A DNA stretch of 64,000 nt, from positions 1,344,001 to 1,408,000 of the forward strand of contig OZ253496.1 of the NCBI GenBank assembly GCA_965262115.1, given 5' to 3'. Source of the DNA: Nitrospinales bacterium. GTDB lineage: Bacteria > Nitrospinota > Nitrospinia > Nitrospinales > VA-1. Under the pieces are notes generated by a model. That model was not told the origin of the DNA. It did not search any database and saw nothing but the letters and a program-made list of their open reading frames with translations. Shown here in pieces: positions 11,517 to 24,700 of this stretch. How positions within the stretch are numbered: the first letter of the stretch is position 1; each line of letters starts with the position of its first letter. Both the position numbers and the translations under genes were made by a program.

Positions 11517-11855
11517 CTACACCTTATCCAGGACATCACCGGTTTTCATACAAACGCGGACTCGTTTTCCATCTTCAATCTTTTTCAGCTTGGTTCGCAC
11601 TCCTTTGCCTACCTTATCGCTGACCAGCAGAACATTGGAGATATGAATCTTGCCCTCCTTCTCTATAATGCCGGGTTGCCGGGACTTACCATCGCCTTTC
11701 ATATGGCGCTTAACCATATTGAGCTTTTCAATCGTCACCCGCTGTTCTTCCGGGAAAATGGCGAGCAATTTTCCTTTCTTCCCCTTTTCCTTTCCGGCAA
11801 TCACCTGAACGATATCGTCCTTTTTCAGGTGCAGCTTATAAGGAGCCCTTTTCAC
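11517..11855 (-). CDS. rplX: 50S ribosomal protein L24
   Basis: LKKDDIVQVIAGKEKGKKGK...EGKIHISNV. Confidence 0.98.
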   Translation of the reverse strand: MKRAPYKLHLKKDDIVQVIAGKEKGKKGKLLAIFPEEQRVTIEKLNMVKRHMKGDGKSRQPGIIEKEGKIHISNVLLVSDKVGKGVRTKLKKIEDGKRVRVCMKTGDVLDKV

Positions 11856-12223
11856 TACAGCACCTCCGGAGCAAGCGAAAGAATTTTCATATAGCGTTTG
11901 GCACGCAGCTCACGGCCCACAGGACCAAAAATTCGCGTTCCCACCGGCTCTTTAGTGTCACTGATGAGAACTGCGGCATTATTATCAAACTTGATATAAG
12001 TTCCATTAGAGCGGCGGATCTCTTTACGGGTTCTCACCACCACAGCCTTTTTCACTTCACCTTTTTTAAGACTGCTTTGCGGATCGACCTCTTTGAGCGC
12101 GACCACAATAATATCTCCAATGCGGGCATAACGGCGACGCGAGCCCCCCAGCACCTTGATACACTGAATCACTTTGGCTCCGGAATTGTCTGCCACATCT
12201 AATACAGTTCGTAGTTGAATCAT
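11855..12223 (-). CDS. rplN: 50S ribosomal protein L14
   Basis: [17 protein letters not shown]...GTRIFGPV...SLAPEVL. Confidence 0.99.
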   Translation of the reverse strand: MIQLRTVLDVADNSGAKVIQCIKVLGGSRRRYARIGDIIVVALKEVDPQSSLKKGEVKKAVVVRTRKEIRRSNGTYIKFDNNAAVLISDTKEPVGTRIFGPVGRELRAKRYMKILSLAPEVL

Positions 12224-12492
12224 GACGCTTTATCTGCCTCCTCGCCTTTCTTGATGATTTCCACTAAACGCCAACGCTTGGTCTTACTCAAAGGCCGGGT
12301 TTCGCAGATGCTGATGAAATCACCAGGGCAGCATTCGTTCTTTTCATCGTGAGCGCTGAATTTGCGGGAACTCTTCACCACTTTTTTGAATTTAGGATGA
12401 ATGAACTTGCGCTCCACCCGCACGACAACGGTTTTATCCATTTTGTTACTCACCACAAGGCCCATCAGGGTTTTTCTAGTCGTTTTCTGCAA
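12220..12492 (-). CDS. rpsQ: 30S ribosomal protein S17
   Basis: [14 protein letters not shown]...[11 protein letters not shown]. Confidence 0.99.
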   Translation of the reverse strand: MQKTTRKTLMGLVVSNKMDKTVVVRVERKFIHPKFKKVVKSSRKFSAHDEKNECCPGDFISICETRPLSKTKRWRLVEIIKKGEEADKAS

Positions 12493-12537
12493 AAGCTTTT
12501 CCTATTCCTGTTTAATGTTCGGGATTACACCCGAGCT

Positions 12538-12774
12538 TTATTTATCAGAACCTGCTTTATTTTCTTGCTTCGCTGAACTTTTCTCAGAAGCCAGGGCTTC
12601 TTTCTGGATCGTTTTCAACCGGGCAATATCTCTTCTAAGAAATCGAAGGCGGCTGGGATTTTCTATCTTTCCCGTGGCCAATTGCAATCTCAGGTTAAAT
12701 ACTTCCTGATTGATGTCGACTATTTTCTCTTCCCGCTCTTTTTCGGAAAGACCTCGGACTTCTTCAGCTTTCAT
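12538..12774 (-). CDS. rpmC: 50S ribosomal protein L29
   Basis: MKAEEVR...FNLRLQLATG...RRDIARLKT; start set to ATG 12774. Confidence 0.96.
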   Translation of the reverse strand: MKAEEVRGLSEKEREEKIVDINQEVFNLRLQLATGKIENPSRLRFLRRDIARLKTIQKEALASEKSSAKQENKAGSDK

Positions 12775-12796
12775 AATATGTTTTTCACTTTTCCAA

Positions 12797-13207
12797 TTAG
12801 GCTTGCTTGACAACAAACCGGGTAGATACTGATAACTTATGCGCCGCCAGGCGAAACGCCTCCTTAGCAACATCTTCCGGCACACCCTCCATTTCATAAA
12901 GCATACGACCCGGTTTTACAACGGCCACCCAGAACTCTGGATTGCCTTTACCTTTACCCATTCTTGTTTCCAACGGCTTCTTGGAAACCGGCTTGTCAGG
13001 GAAAATCCGCAACCAGATTTTTCCTCCACGCTTAACATGGCGGGTCATTGCGATACGGGCCGCCTCAATCTGCCGATTGCTGATGCGACCACATTCCAAA
13101 GCCTGCAGACCGTAAGTGCCGAAATCCATGGAACCTCCCCGGTAGGCCGTGCCACGCATCCGCCCCTTATGACGCTTTCTATACTTAACTCTTTTAGGCA
13201 TCAACAT
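12797..13207 (-). CDS. rplP: 50S ribosomal protein L16
   Basis: [11 protein letters not shown]...IEAARIA...RMGKGKG. Confidence 0.99.
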   Translation of the reverse strand: MLMPKRVKYRKRHKGRMRGTAYRGGSMDFGTYGLQALECGRISNRQIEAARIAMTRHVKRGGKIWLRIFPDKPVSKKPLETRMGKGKGNPEFWVAVVKPGRMLYEMEGVPEDVAKEAFRLAAHKLSVSTRFVVKQA

Positions 13208-13271
13208 GATGCATTTTCTCCAATAAACATTTATCGCCAGGCATAACGCCCGAACTCAGACCCCACACAAA

Positions 13272-13961
13272 TCAGGCCGAAGCTTTTCCCTTTTCTTTTT
13301 CCTGGAATCCTTTGGGCCGCTCAATCTCCTTACCCGGGAGAATATCTCCCTTATAAACCCACACCTTCACCCCAATAATCCCAAAGGTGGTGTGGGAATT
13401 CGCGGTCCCATAATCGATATCCGCCCTCAGAGTATGCAGAGGAACCCTGCCTTCCCGGTACCATTCACTGCGGGCAATTTCCGCACCGCCCAACCGACCC
13501 GATACCCGGATTTTAATTCCCTTGGCCCCAAACCTCAGCGCCGAGATCACACTCTTTTTCATTGCCCGACGAAACGAAACTCTTTTTTCCAATTGCAGGG
13601 CGATATTCTGTCCGATCAAAGCCGCGTCCAGCTCGGCACGACGCACCTCTTTGATATTGAGATTGACCTGCGTTCCAGACATAACCTTCTGCAATTCCTC
13701 TTTCAGCCTGTCAACCTCAAGACCCTTTTTCCCGATGATGATGCCCGGACGCGCGGTATGGATATTGATCCTTACGCGGTTTGCCGAACGCTCAATCTCC
13801 ACCCGGGAGATGCCCGCATGCGAAAGCGTCTTGAAGATATGTTTCCTAAGAGCCATATCCTCAAGCAACTGGTCAGAATATCCTTTCCTGGCATACCAGT
13901 TAGATATCCAAGTCTTGCTGAATCCCAACCTGAACCCGTAAGGGTGAACTTTTTGACCCAC
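13272..13961 (-). CDS. rpsC: 30S ribosomal protein S3
   Basis: [13 protein letters not shown]...[11 protein letters not shown]...[14 protein letters not shown]. Confidence 0.99.
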   Translation of the reverse strand: MGQKVHPYGFRLGFSKTWISNWYARKGYSDQLLEDMALRKHIFKTLSHAGISRVEIERSANRVRINIHTARPGIIIGKKGLEVDRLKEELQKVMSGTQVNLNIKEVRRAELDAALIGQNIALQLEKRVSFRRAMKKSVISALRFGAKGIKIRVSGRLGGAEIARSEWYREGRVPLHTLRADIDYGTANSHTTFGIIGVKVWVYKGDILPGKEIERPKGFQEKEKGKASA

Positions 13962-13973
13962 GCTTTTATCTCC

Positions 13974-14315
13974 TTAAGATTCTTTTTCTTCCAGTATCAA
14001 AGTTATATGACTGGTCTTCTTTTGAATCATGGTTGCCATTCCTCTTGCTCTCGGCATATTCCGCTTCCAAGTTGTGGCTTGATCAACATGAACATTTTTA
14101 ACCACCAGATCATCCACATCAAGAACCTTATGGTTCTCTTCCGCATTTGCGATCGCAGATTTCAGCAGCTTTTGAAACTTTTCCGCCACCCGCTTGCGGG
14201 TAAACGTAAGAATATTGATGGCGTCGTTCACGTTTTTTCCGCGAATCAAATCGGCCACCAACCGCGCCTTGCGCGGTGCCGTTCGCGTATGTCTGAGTGA
14301 AGCTCTAACTTCCAT
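13974..14315 (-). CDS. rplV: 50S ribosomal protein L22
   Basis: APRKARLVADLIRG...SAIANAE...PRARG...TSHIT. Confidence 0.99.
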   Translation of the reverse strand: MEVRASLRHTRTAPRKARLVADLIRGKNVNDAINILTFTRKRVAEKFQKLLKSAIANAEENHKVLDVDDLVVKNVHVDQATTWKRNMPRARGMATMIQKKTSHITLILEEKES

Positions 14316-14327
14316 GATGCCCCTATA

Positions 14328-14609
14328 TTACTTGGTGACCGCTTTTTTGGTTTTACCCCCATGCGACCTGAATGTCCGCGTAGGAGAAAATTCACCTAAT
14401 TTATGGCCAACCATATTTTCCGATATAAAAATAGGAAAGAATTTTTTTCCATTGTGTACCGATATGGTATGCCCAACAAAGTCCGGAGTGATGGTGGACC
14501 GGCGCGACCATGTCTTGCACACTTTCTTTTCATTCTTCCGGTTCATCTCTTCGATTTTGTCCTGCAAATGCGAATCGACAAACGGGCCTTTTTTTAATGA
14601 TCGAGCCAT
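14328..14609 (-). CDS. rpsS: 30S ribosomal protein S19
   Basis: [12 protein letters not shown]...TWSRRS...[13 protein letters not shown]. Confidence 0.99.
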   Translation of the reverse strand: MARSLKKGPFVDSHLQDKIEEMNRKNEKKVCKTWSRRSTITPDFVGHTISVHNGKKFFPIFISENMVGHKLGEFSPTRTFRSHGGKTKKAVTK

Positions 14610-14634
14610 TCCAAAACCTCAGTTTACAAACAGT

Positions 14635-15465
14635 TTATTTTCTCTTCTTACGACTGAGAATAAATTTATCCGATACTTTTTTAACCTTACGGGTCTTCAA
14701 TCCCTTGGCACTCTGCCCCCAGGGGCTACAAGGATGCCGACCTCCTGAAGACCTGCCTTCACCACCACCCATAGGATGATCCACCGGGTTCATCGCCACC
14801 GCGCGAACACGAGGCCGACGCCCCATCCATCTCACGCGCCCGGCTTTACCAATGGAAATATTTTCATGATCGGCGTTACCCACTGTGCCGATCGTTGCCC
14901 GACAGTTTTTATGAATCAACCGGACTTCCCCCGACTTGAGCTTGAGGTTTACATATTCTCCCTCTTTAGCCATTAGCTGGACGCCGCTACCAGCACTGCG
15001 GGCAATCTGCGCTCCCTTACCGGGGCGCATCTCTACATTATGAATCAAGGTACCTTCGGGAATATCTTTCAGGAGAAGACAGTTGCCGATGCGGATCTCA
15101 GCCTTCTCGCCAGACATCAACACATCCCCCACATTCAGCTTAGCGGGAGAAATGATATAACGCTTCTCGCCATCCGAATAAGACAGAAGGGCGATGCGCG
15201 CGCTACGGTTGGGATCGTATTCAATGCCCACGACTTTCGCCGGGATGCCATCCTTCCGCCGCTTGAAATCTATAATCCGGTATTGCTTTCTATGCCCGCC
15301 ACCCCGCCTTTTGGCAGTGATACGACCGTGGTTATTGCGTCCGCCTTTTCTTGCAATAGCAACAAGAAGACTTTTTTCGGGAGTCGATTTGGTGATTTCA
15401 TCGAAACCGGAAATAGTCATGGACCGCACGCCCGGTGATCTGGGTTTTAACTTCCTGATTGGCAT
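14635..15465 (-). CDS. rplB: 50S ribosomal protein L2
   Basis: [10 protein letters not shown]...[12 protein letters not shown]...[14 protein letters not shown]. Confidence 0.99.
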   Translation of the reverse strand: MPIRKLKPRSPGVRSMTISGFDEITKSTPEKSLLVAIARKGGRNNHGRITAKRRGGGHRKQYRIIDFKRRKDGIPAKVVGIEYDPNRSARIALLSYSDGEKRYIISPAKLNVGDVLMSGEKAEIRIGNCLLLKDIPEGTLIHNVEMRPGKGAQIARSAGSGVQLMAKEGEYVNLKLKSGEVRLIHKNCRATIGTVGNADHENISIGKAGRVRWMGRRPRVRAVAMNPVDHPMGGGEGRSSGGRHPCSPWGQSAKGLKTRKVKKVSDKFILSRKKRK

Positions 15466-15471
15466 TACCGC

Positions 15472-15759
15472 TTACACTCCCTCAAAAATTTGAATTTTAT
15501 CGCCTTCTTTCAACTGAACCATGGCCTTTTTCCAGGCTTTCGACTGGCCCATAGCCTTACCAAACCGTCTGCGCTTACCTCGCACAACCTGGGTATTGAC
15601 GTGAAGGACTTTTACATCAAAAATTTTCTGCACCGCTTCCAGGATCTGGATTTTATTGGCCTCGAGGTTCACCCGGAACACCACCCAGTTTCCATCGGCA
15701 AGCATATCCGTGCCTTTTTCCGTGACCAGCGGTTTCTCTATAACTCGATACATGTCCAT
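15472..15759 (-). CDS. rplW: 50S ribosomal protein L23
   Basis: PLVTEK...ANKIQI...WKKAMVQL. Confidence 0.98.
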   Translation of the reverse strand: MDMYRVIEKPLVTEKGTDMLADGNWVVFRVNLEANKIQILEAVQKIFDVKVLHVNTQVVRGKRRRFGKAMGQSKAWKKAMVQLKEGDKIQIFEGV

Positions 15760-16385
15760 TAGTTCAACCGCTCCTCAATCTTTTTAAGCGCTTCGGGAGT
15801 ACAAACAATCCGCTCATGAACCAACAGGTCAAATACATTGAGCCCATCAACCAGAAGCACATCCACCTGGGGCAAGTTACGAACTGCCAGTTGCAGGTTG
15901 GTGTTTTTTTCCGAAACGAGAAATAGCGTTTTTGCAGGAAGGCTCAGACTGGTCAACAAAGCTACCGCGTCTTTGGTTTTGGGATTCTCAAGGTTCAGCG
16001 AATCAACCACCGTGAAGTTCTGCCCTTTGAGCCTTTCCGTCAAAACCGATTTGATCGCGAGCTTTTTAGACTTTTTGGAGAGCTGGAATGCATAACTTCT
16101 CGGGCTGGGCCCAAAAACCGTCATGCCGCCGCGCCAGATGGGTGATCGAGTGTTCCCCGCACGAGCACGGCCCGTCCCCTTTTGCCTCCAGGGCTTGGCA
16201 CCACTGCCATGCAACTCTCCCTTGTTCTGTTTGGTCGCCGCGTTTCCGCCTCGGCGGACCGCCAACTGCATGGTCACATACCTTTGCACCAGCTCTTCGC
16301 GAACCCGACTCTCAAAGACACTGTCGGGAGCCTCTACCGTCCCCACCTTTTTATTTTTACTGTCTACAATATCTATTGCCGGCAT
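15759..16385 (-). CDS. rplD: 50S ribosomal protein L4
   Basis: KPWRQKGTGRARAG...SPIWRGG...FGPSPR. Confidence 0.99.
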   Translation of the reverse strand: MPAIDIVDSKNKKVGTVEAPDSVFESRVREELVQRYVTMQLAVRRGGNAATKQNKGELHGSGAKPWRQKGTGRARAGNTRSPIWRGGMTVFGPSPRSYAFQLSKKSKKLAIKSVLTERLKGQNFTVVDSLNLENPKTKDAVALLTSLSLPAKTLFLVSEKNTNLQLAVRNLPQVDVLLVDGLNVFDLLVHERIVCTPEALKKIEERLN

Positions 16386-16402
16386 GACCAAAAACTCGTT
16401 TC

Positions 16403-17023
16403 TTAAGATTTAAATATACTGACGATTCCGCCATTGGCTCCGGGGACTGCCCCCTTGAGCAACAACACATTATTTTCGACATTCACCCGGACCACTTTCA
16501 GGTTTTTCAAGTGGGCTTTCTTACCACCCATTCGCCCTGGCATACCGGTGCCCTTTAGAACCCGCCCCGGATAAGTGTGCATACCTATCGAACCGGTTCC
16601 GCGATAACTTTCATGATGACCATGAGAAGCCGGCGCCCCGCCATAATTGAATCGCCTGAAAACTCCTGAAAACCCTTTTCCCTTGGTGACACCCACCACC
16701 TGCACACTGTCGCCTTCGCTGAAAATATCCACCTTAAGCGGTTTGCCCATAGCTTCGTCATCCACATCCTGCCCCCTGAACTCCTGGAGAATTTTTGCAG
16801 GTTCCACCTTAAGCTTGTCATAGAACCCCCGCAAAGGTTTATTAGTATGTTTCGGCTTACGGGTTCCATACGCCAGCATGAGAGCCTGGTATCCGTCTTT
16901 CTCTTCAGTCCGCTTCAAAACCGGCACACAACGCTCCACATGTATTACGGTGACCGGGACACAATCCCCCTTGTCCGTAAACACCTCGGTCATGCCGATT
17001 TTTTTTCCAATTAAAGCACTCAT
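16403..17023 (-). CDS. rplC: 50S ribosomal protein L3
   Basis: IGKKIGMT...KGKGFSG...PGRV...MPGRMG...KGAVPG. Confidence 0.99.
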   Translation of the reverse strand: MSALIGKKIGMTEVFTDKGDCVPVTVIHVERCVPVLKRTEEKDGYQALMLAYGTRKPKHTNKPLRGFYDKLKVEPAKILQEFRGQDVDDEAMGKPLKVDIFSEGDSVQVVGVTKGKGFSGVFRRFNYGGAPASHGHHESYRGTGSIGMHTYPGRVLKGTGMPGRMGGKKAHLKNLKVVRVNVENNVLLLKGAVPGANGGIVSIFKS

Positions 17024-17035
17024 ATTTTCTCTACG

Positions 17036-17344
17036 TTAAAGCTTGATCTCAATATCAACGCCCCCCGACAGATCCAGCTTCATCAGCGCATCTACGGTTT
17101 GAGGGGTCGGTTCGAGGATTTCAAGAATCCGCTTATGCGTTCGGATTTCAAATTGCTCGCGGGATTTTTTATCCACATGAGGAGAACGCAAAACAGTCCA
17201 TTTGTTTTTTATTGTAGGCAATGGAATCGGGCCCACCACTTTGGCACCTGTACGCCGAGTGGTTTCCACAATTTCCCCTACCGACCAATCCAGCAGTTTA
17301 TGGTCGTAAGCCTTGAGCCGAATTTTTATTTTTTGGTCAATCAT
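17036..17344 (-). CDS. rpsJ: 30S ribosomal protein S10
   Basis: IRLKAYDH...GPIPLPT...[14 protein letters not shown]. The start overlaps the tuf stop (TAATG). Confidence 0.99.
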   Translation of the reverse strand: MIDQKIKIRLKAYDHKLLDWSVGEIVETTRRTGAKVVGPIPLPTIKNKWTVLRSPHVDKKSREQFEIRTHKRILEILEPTPQTVDALMKLDLSGGVDIEIKL

Positions 17345-18534
17345 TATTCAACAACCTCGCCCACAACTCCTGCCCCAACTGTACGACCGCCTTCCCGGAT
17401 AGCAAAACGGAGTTCTTTATCCATGGCCACAGCCGTAATAAGCGTTATCTCCATCGCGACATTATCTCCCGGCATTACCATTTCAACACCCGCCGGCAAG
17501 GTTGCAACACCGGTCACGTCGGTGGTCCGGAAATAAAACTGCGGACGGTAACCATTGAAGAACGGCGTATGTCTTCCGCCCTCTTCTTTGGTCAGAATAT
17601 AAACTTCCGCTTTGAATTTAGTATGCGGGGTGATGGACCCGGGCTTGGCCAGAACCTGACCACGCTCGATTTCTTCACGCTTGGTTCCGCGCAACAGAAT
17701 ACCCACGTTTTCCCCAGCGCGCCCTTCATCAAGAAGTTTGCGAAACATTTCCACTCCGGTAGCCGTGGTCTTCATTGTCTCCTTAAACCCAACGATCTCA
17801 ATTTCTTCACCAACCTTGATGATTCCTGTCTCAATACGCCCGGTCGCAACAGTTCCACGCCCAGAAATACTGAAAATATCCTCAATCGGCATCAAGAAAG
17901 GCTTATCCACCGGACGATCCGGAACCGGGAAATAAGTATCGATAGCTTCCATCAACTCCCAGATACACTTTGTTTTTTCTTCATCATCCGGATTTTCCAG
18001 CGCCTGCAGAGCGCTTCCGCGAATCACAGGAACATCGTCTCCGGGAAATTCATATTTGGTCAACAACTCCCGCACTTCCAGCTCAACCAGGTCAAGCAGT
18101 TCAGGATCGTCAACCATGTCGCATTTATTCATGAACACAACGATCTTCGGAACACCCACCTGTCGAGCCAACAGAATATGCTCGCGAGTTTGCGGCATCG
18201 GGCCGTCATTGGCAGAAATTACCAGGATCGCGCCATCCATCTGCGCCGCACCGGTGATCATGTTCTTAACATAGTCAGCATGACCCGGGCAGTCCACATG
18301 CGCGTAATGCCGGTTCTCAGTATTGTATTCAACGTGAGCAATCGCGATGGTGATACCCCGCTCTTTTTCCTCAGGAGCCTTGTCAATTTGATCAAAGGCG
18401 ATTGTCTCAGCGAGTCCCTTCTTAGACAGAACTTCCGTAATCGACGCGGTGAGAGTCGTTTTTCCGTGGTCAACATGACCAATGGTTCCAACGTTTATGT
18501 GTGGCTTGTTTCGAACAAATTTTTCTTTAGCCAT
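17344..18534 (-). CDS. tuf: Elongation factor Tu
   Basis: [39 protein letters not shown]. Confidence 0.99.
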   Translation of the reverse strand: MAKEKFVRNKPHINVGTIGHVDHGKTTLTASITEVLSKKGLAETIAFDQIDKAPEEKERGITIAIAHVEYNTENRHYAHVDCPGHADYVKNMITGAAQMDGAILVISANDGPMPQTREHILLARQVGVPKIVVFMNKCDMVDDPELLDLVELEVRELLTKYEFPGDDVPVIRGSALQALENPDDEEKTKCIWELMEAIDTYFPVPDRPVDKPFLMPIEDIFSISGRGTVATGRIETGIIKVGEEIEIVGFKETMKTTATGVEMFRKLLDEGRAGENVGILLRGTKREEIERGQVLAKPGSITPHTKFKAEVYILTKEEGGRHTPFFNGYRPQFYFRTTDVTGVATLPAGVEMVMPGDNVAMEITLITAVAMDKELRFAIREGGRTVGAGVVGEVVE

Positions 18535-18571
18535 GCTGGTTCACTCCAAAGTATTTTCAAATAATTTTTAG

Positions 18572-20674
18572 TTAAACTGCTAATTTCTCTTTAGACCCGG
18601 TTGCCTTAGCCATCAACTCCTCGGCAATCGCGGCGGGAACACCATCATACTTGGCAAACTCCATTGAGTAATTCGCGCGCCCCTGAGTTGCCGACCGAAG
18701 ATCGGTGGAATACCCAAACATCCCAGAGAGAGGAACTTCCGCTCGAATCACCTTGGCACCGGCACGATCTGCAAGATCTTTGATCTTGCCGCGCTTGGCA
18801 TTCAGCTTGCCGATGACATCGCCCATAAATTCTTCAGGCGTAACGACCTCCACATCCATAACCGGTTCCAACAATTGGGGAGATCCTTTTTTACAAGCTT
18901 CCTGAAAAGCCATGGAAGCACAAATCTTAAATGCCATTTCCGAAGAATCAACATCATGAAACGATCCGTCCAGCAACGTCACCGAAACATCCACTGTGGG
19001 GTATCCGCACATAATGCCCCGGCTCATCGCCTCCAAAACACCCTTCTGAACAGCCGGAATAAACTCACGAGGAATCGCGCCGCCAACAATTTTATTGACG
19101 AACTCAAAACCCGATCCAGCCTCTCTCGGCTCGACCCTTATAACGACATGACCATACTGGCCACGACCCCCGGTTTGCTTGACATATTTATTTTCATGTT
19201 CGACGGCCTTGGTGATGGTTTCTTTATAGGCCACCTGAGGCTTGGACACATCCACATCAAGAGAGAACTCACGACGCATCCGATCAACCAGAATCTCAAG
19301 ATGCAACTCGCCCATTCCCGAAATTACAGTCTGATTGGTGTCCGGATCAACACGGACTTTAAACGTAGGATCTTCTTGAAGGAGTTTAACGAGACAGTCG
19401 GAGAGCTTGTCTTGCTCCGCCTTAGTTCTGGTCTCAATAGCAACAGAAATAACAGGTTCAGGAAACTGAATCGCTTCAAGAATAATTGGATGATCCTGAT
19501 CGCAAAGCGTGTCCCCAGTATAAGATTTCTTCAACCCAATCACCGCGGCAATATCGCCAGCCTGCACCGAAGCAACCTCTTCCCGCTTATTCGCGTGCAT
19601 CCTTAAGAGCCGACCCACACGCTCTCTTTTATTCTTTGTCGAATTATAGATATAAGAACCGCTGGTCAACTGGCCGGAATAAATACGCACAAATGCCAAC
19701 TGACCCACAAAGGGATCGGTCATGATTTTAAAAGCCAGAGCGGAAAGCGGATCTTTGGAATACAGCTTGCGGGTTTCTTCTTTCTGAGTATTGGGATTGC
19801 TACCAGTGATGGTTTTGAGTTCCTGCGGGGAAGGGAGGTAAAGGACAACGGCATCCAGAAGTTGTTGCACACCCTTATTCTTAAATGCGGCGCCACATAA
19901 AATCGGAGTGAACTCGGATTCCAGGGTTCCTTTTCTCAAGGCCGCGATAATTTCTTCCCGCGACACCTCTTCGCCACCGAGAAATTTTTCCATAATCGTG
20001 TCATCCACATCTGACACCGACTCGATCAGCTTTTCCCTGTACTCCTCTGCTTGATCCTGGTACTCCGCCGGGATATCCACCACATCAAAGGTTTCTCCTT
20101 TGTTCATGGTATCCGAGTACACATTGGCTTTCATGTCAACCAGGTCAATCACACCTAGAAAATCCGCCTCAGTCCCCAAAGGAAGCTGAATGGCAACAGG
20201 GTGAGCGCCCAACTTGTCCACCATCTGCTGGATACAACCCAGGAAATTTGCTCCCGCCCGATCCATCTTATTGACAAAACAAATTCTGGGAACACTGTAC
20301 TTACTGGCTTGACGCCAAACCGTTTCAGACTGAGGCTCCACACCGCTGACAGCATCAAACACGCCTACAGCTCCATCGAGAACCCGCAAAGACCTTTCCA
20401 CCTCAGCCGTAAAATCCACATGACCAGGCGTATCAATAATATTGATCTGATGGTCCTGCCAGAAACAAGTTGTCGCGGCCGATGTGATCGTGATTCCCCG
20501 CTCCTGCTCCTGCTCCATCCAGTCCATCGTGGCATTACCGTCATGCACCTCGCCAATCTTATGGCTCTTGCCCGTGTAATAGAGAATCCGCTCGGTGGTG
20601 GTGGTTTTACCGGCATCGATGTGAGCGATGATCCCTATATTCCGGGTTTTCTCAGGTTGTATTTTCTTACCCAT
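18572..20674 (-). CDS. fusA: Elongation factor G
   Basis: [31 protein letters not shown]. Confidence 0.99.
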   Translation of the reverse strand: MGKKIQPEKTRNIGIIAHIDAGKTTTTERILYYTGKSHKIGEVHDGNATMDWMEQEQERGITITSAATTCFWQDHQINIIDTPGHVDFTAEVERSLRVLDGAVGVFDAVSGVEPQSETVWRQASKYSVPRICFVNKMDRAGANFLGCIQQMVDKLGAHPVAIQLPLGTEADFLGVIDLVDMKANVYSDTMNKGETFDVVDIPAEYQDQAEEYREKLIESVSDVDDTIMEKFLGGEEVSREEIIAALRKGTLESEFTPILCGAAFKNKGVQQLLDAVVLYLPSPQELKTITGSNPNTQKEETRKLYSKDPLSALAFKIMTDPFVGQLAFVRIYSGQLTSGSYIYNSTKNKRERVGRLLRMHANKREEVASVQAGDIAAVIGLKKSYTGDTLCDQDHPIILEAIQFPEPVISVAIETRTKAEQDKLSDCLVKLLQEDPTFKVRVDPDTNQTVISGMGELHLEILVDRMRREFSLDVDVSKPQVAYKETITKAVEHENKYVKQTGGRGQYGHVVIRVEPREAGSGFEFVNKIVGGAIPREFIPAVQKGVLEAMSRGIMCGYPTVDVSVTLLDGSFHDVDSSEMAFKICASMAFQEACKKGSPQLLEPVMDVEVVTPEEFMGDVIGKLNAKRGKIKDLADRAGAKVIRAEVPLSGMFGYSTDLRSATQGRANYSMEFAKYDGVPAAIAEELMAKATGSKEKLAV

Positions 20675-20694
20675 TAAAAAAAAATAATCTCCAA

Positions 20695-21165
20695 TTACCA
20701 GCGGTAATGAGCAAAGGCCTTATTCGCCTCCGCCATCCGGTGGACTTCTTCTTTTTTCTTAACCGCCCCGCCCGAATTTCCGAAAGCATCCAGAATCTCA
20801 CCGGTCAATTTTTCATCCATCGATCTGCCGGAGCGCGCCTTGGCATTCTGGATCATCCATCGAATACTGAGAGCCTGCCTGCGACTTTCCTTCACCTCGA
20901 CGGGCACCTGATAAGTGGCACCCCCGACCCTCCGGGACCGCACCTCCAATAAAGGCGCTGCATTCTCCACCGCCTTACGAAAAACCCGTAAAGGCTCCTC
21001 CTTACTCTTCTCAGCTACACTTTCCAGCGCCTGATAAAGAATGCTTTCAGCCTTCCCCTTTTCGCCTTTGCGCAAAATGCAATTGATGAAGCGGGCGACC
21101 AGGAGATCGTTAAACTTCGGATCAGGAATGATCTTTCTTTTCTGAGCTTCTCTTCTTCTTGCCAT
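20695..21165 (-). CDS. rpsG: 30S ribosomal protein S7
   Basis: [11 protein letters not shown]...[15 protein letters not shown]. Confidence 0.99.
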   Translation of the reverse strand: MARRREAQKRKIIPDPKFNDLLVARFINCILRKGEKGKAESILYQALESVAEKSKEEPLRVFRKAVENAAPLLEVRSRRVGGATYQVPVEVKESRRQALSIRWMIQNAKARSGRSMDEKLTGEILDAFGNSGGAVKKKEEVHRMAEANKAFAHYRW

Positions 21166-21180
21166 AATAGTTATCGATGA

Positions 21181-21555
21181 CTATTTCTTAGGTTTCTTCG
21201 TGCCATATTTGGATCGGCTCTGCATCCGACCTTCCACACCAAGCGTATCCAGACTCCCGCGGACTACATGATACCGAACCCCAGGCAAATCTTTAATTCG
21301 GCCTCCGCGAATCATGACGATGGAATGCTCTTGCAAATTGTGACCCACGCCGGGAATATAGGTGGTCACTTCCATTCCGTTTGTCAGCCTCACCCGGGCC
21401 ACTTTTCGGAGAGCCGAATTTGGCTTTTTGGGCGTAGATGTGTAAACCCGAACACAAACTCCCCGCTTCTGCGGGCACGCTTTTAAAGCAGGACTATCGC
21501 TTTTTCTAACCGGCGTTTTCCGACCGGTTTTTACTAGCTGATTGATCGTAGGCAA
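21181..21555 (-). CDS. rpsL: 30S ribosomal protein S12
   Basis: PTINQLV...[10 protein letters not shown]...[11 protein letters not shown] start at 21555 after GGAGG. Confidence 0.98.
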   Translation of the reverse strand: MPTINQLVKTGRKTPVRKSDSPALKACPQKRGVCVRVYTSTPKKPNSALRKVARVRLTNGMEVTTYIPGVGHNLQEHSIVMIRGGRIKDLPGVRYHVVRGSLDTLGVEGRMQSRSKYGTKKPKK

Positions 21556-21677
21556 AAAACATACCTCCCAAAAAGGCAATCACGCAAAAGAGCTACCGAA
21601 TAAATCTGAAAATACCCAATGATGTCAATGAAAACAAAGGGTTATATCAGGTTAGATATAGGCGTGAAAAAGCTGTA

Positions 21678-21705
21678 ATTGTAGCATTGAAAATCACTTA
21701 GTCAA
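21678..21705 (-). promoter_or_regulatory. Putative sigma70 promoter of the str operon
   Basis: TTGACT-16 nt-TACAAT, with TG one base before the -10, upstream of rpsL. Confidence 0.6.
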
Positions 21706-21732
21706 GCGAAAAATAAGGGCTTTTCCTGTTTT

Positions 21733-24700
21733 TTATTCCGCCGCGACCGGGGCCTGATCTTCCGTCTTTTCAGCCCCTTCAATTTCAGGTTCTTCAATGC
21801 GAATTCCGCTATATGCCCGACATCCTGTACCTGCCGGGATCAATCTTCCCATAGTCACATTTTCTTTTAAACCGACCAGATTATCCCGCTTGCCGCCCAC
21901 GCTCACCTCTGTGAGGACACGAGTGGTTTCCTGGAAAGATGCCGCCGAAATAAAGCTTTCCGTGCTGAGCGACGATTTAGTAATTCCCAGAAGCACTGCG
22001 GCACCTTCTGCCGGTTTTTTCTTATTCTTGATGGCTTCCTGATTGGCCAGGTTAAAGACTTTCTTCGTCACCTGTTCTCCAACCAGAAATTCTGTATCGC
22101 CTGAATCTTCGATGACTAAATGCCTGAGCATTTGCCGGACGATAACTTCAATATGTTTATCATTAATCTGCACGCCCTGGAGACGGTAAACCTCTTGCAC
22201 TTCGTTCACCAGATATTTCTGCAATTCGTCTTCTCCCAATACCCGTAAAATATCATGCGGGTTGGAAGCGCCATCCATCAGCGGTTCGCCGGCAACCACC
22301 TGATCACCTTCGTGGACGTTGATATGTTTGCCGCGCGGAATCAGGTATTCGCATTCATCGCCGGATTCACTCACAATGATGACCTTACGCATGCCCTTAA
22401 CGAATCCGCCAAGCTTCACCGTACCGGAAATTTCAGTGATCGTCGCCTGCTCATGCGGTTTGCGAGCTTCAAAAAGCTCGGCCACACGCGGTAAACCACC
22501 GGTGATGTCTTTGGTTTTCGCCGATTCGCGGGGAATCTTTACGATCAAGTCTCCAGCACTCACCACATCGCCTTCGCTGACATTGATGTTGGCGCCGGCA
22601 GGCAGGATATAGCGACGCACCGTGCCACCCTTCTCATCCTTAAGCGAAATCCGCGGTTGTTTTTTCTCATCACGATGACTGATGATAACTTTGGTGGAGA
22701 GACCGGTAATTTCATCGAAGTCTTCTTTCATGGTCACGCCTTCGATAATATCGCCGAAAGCAATAGTTCCGGAAACTTCTGTCAGGATAGCGTTAGTATA
22801 AGGATCCCATTCGACCAAAGTCTGACCTTCCTGCACTTCCTGCCCGTCACTAACTTTAAGCTTGGCTCCATACACAACCGAGAACTTCTCTTTTTCACGG
22901 CCGGTTTCATCCTGAATCACAAGACTTCCGTTGCGATTCATAACAATGATTTCTGCGTTACGGTTTTTGAGGGTGCGAAGACCCATATACTTGACGAGTC
23001 CTCCCCGCTTGGTGTTCAAAGTCGTTTGCTCAACCACCCGGCTGGCCGTTCCGCCAATATGGAAAGTTCGCATGGTAAGCTGTGTTCCTGGCTCACCAAT
23101 AGACTGCGCCGCAATGACACCTACCGGCTCGCCCACTTCCACCCATTGCAGGGTAGCCATATTGCGCCCGTAACACTTGATACAAACCCCTTGCCTGGAT
23201 TCACAGGTCAGGCAAGATCGCATTTTAATTTTTTCGATACCGGCATTTTCAATATCCAGCACGGTTTCCTCGACAATCAGACTGTCTGCCTTGGCCAGCA
23301 CATCCCCGGTAAAAGGATCGACCACGTCTTCAAGAACCGTCCGCCCTAAAATTCTTTCTCCCAAAGGCTGGATGATTTCACCGGCTTCCACCAGAGATAT
23401 CGCATCAATGCCCTTCAAGGTTCCGCAGTCTTCTTCCTGAACAATCATATCCTGCGCCACATCCACCAGTCGGCGGGTGAGGTAACCCGAGTTTGCCGTT
23501 TTAAGCGCGGTATCCGCCAGGCCCTTGCGGGCTCCATGCGTAGAAATGAAATACTGAATAACCGAAAGACCTTCGCGGAAGTTAGCGGTGATCGGCGTTT
23601 CGATGATTTCTCCCGAAGGTTTGGCCATCAAGCCGCGCATTCCGGCCAATTGCCGCAACTGTTGCGCACTTCCCCGGGCTCCCGAGTCCGCCATGATAAA
23701 AACCGAGTTAAAATCCTTGTTGTTTTTTCCAATAACGGTGGCCTCGTCTTCTGTTTCCAGTTCCTTAAACATTTCTTCGGATACTTTTTCCGTGACGTGC
23801 GCCCAGATATCAATAACCTTGTTATACCTTTCACCATTGGTGATGAGCCCATCCCGGTATTGCTTGTGGACCCTGAGAACCTCATCATTGGTTTTATCCA
23901 CCAACTGAGTTTTGGTTTTGGGAATGCGCATCTGGTCAATAGAAATACTGAGACCCGCCTCGGTGGCGTATTTGAATCCCAACTCCTTGACTTCATCCAA
24001 CAGGGTTACAGTTTTTTCCCGCCCTACCATAAGGAAAGACTTGGAGAAAAGATCAGACAAAGATTTTTTATCCATCAGTCGGTTCGCCAGTTCGAACGGC
24101 AACCCTTCTGGAAGCACTCCACCGAGAAGCACCCGTCCCGTTGTGGTCTGGGTCAACACCCCTTCAATGCGAACCATAATTTGAGCCTGCAAATCAAGTT
24201 CATCCGCATTGTAAGCCGCCACCACTTCTTTCTGACCCGAGAAAACCTTGCCTGCCCCTTTCACATTACCGCGAATCTTGGTCATGTAATAGCAACCCAA
24301 AACAATGTCCTGGGTGGGAACAGCAATGGGTTTCCCGTTTGAAGGAGACAAAATATTATTGGAAGACATCATCAACAACTTACATTCGGTTCTCGCTTCC
24401 ATGGAAAGCGGGACATGAACCGCCATCTGGTCGCCATCAAAGTCAGCATTGAAAGCAGTACACACCATCGGATGCACCTGAATGGCCTTGCCTTCAATCA
24501 GCAAAGGCTCAAACGCCTGAATACCTAATCGATGCAGTGTTGGCGCCCTGTTGAGCAGAATTGGATGGCCTTTCACCACCTCTTCCAACACCTCCCAGAC
24601 TTCGGAGCGTTCCTGTTCGACCATTTTTTTCGCGGTCTTGATCGTTGCCGCATAACCTTTTTCTTCCAGTCGGTTGAACACAAACGGCTTGAACAACTCG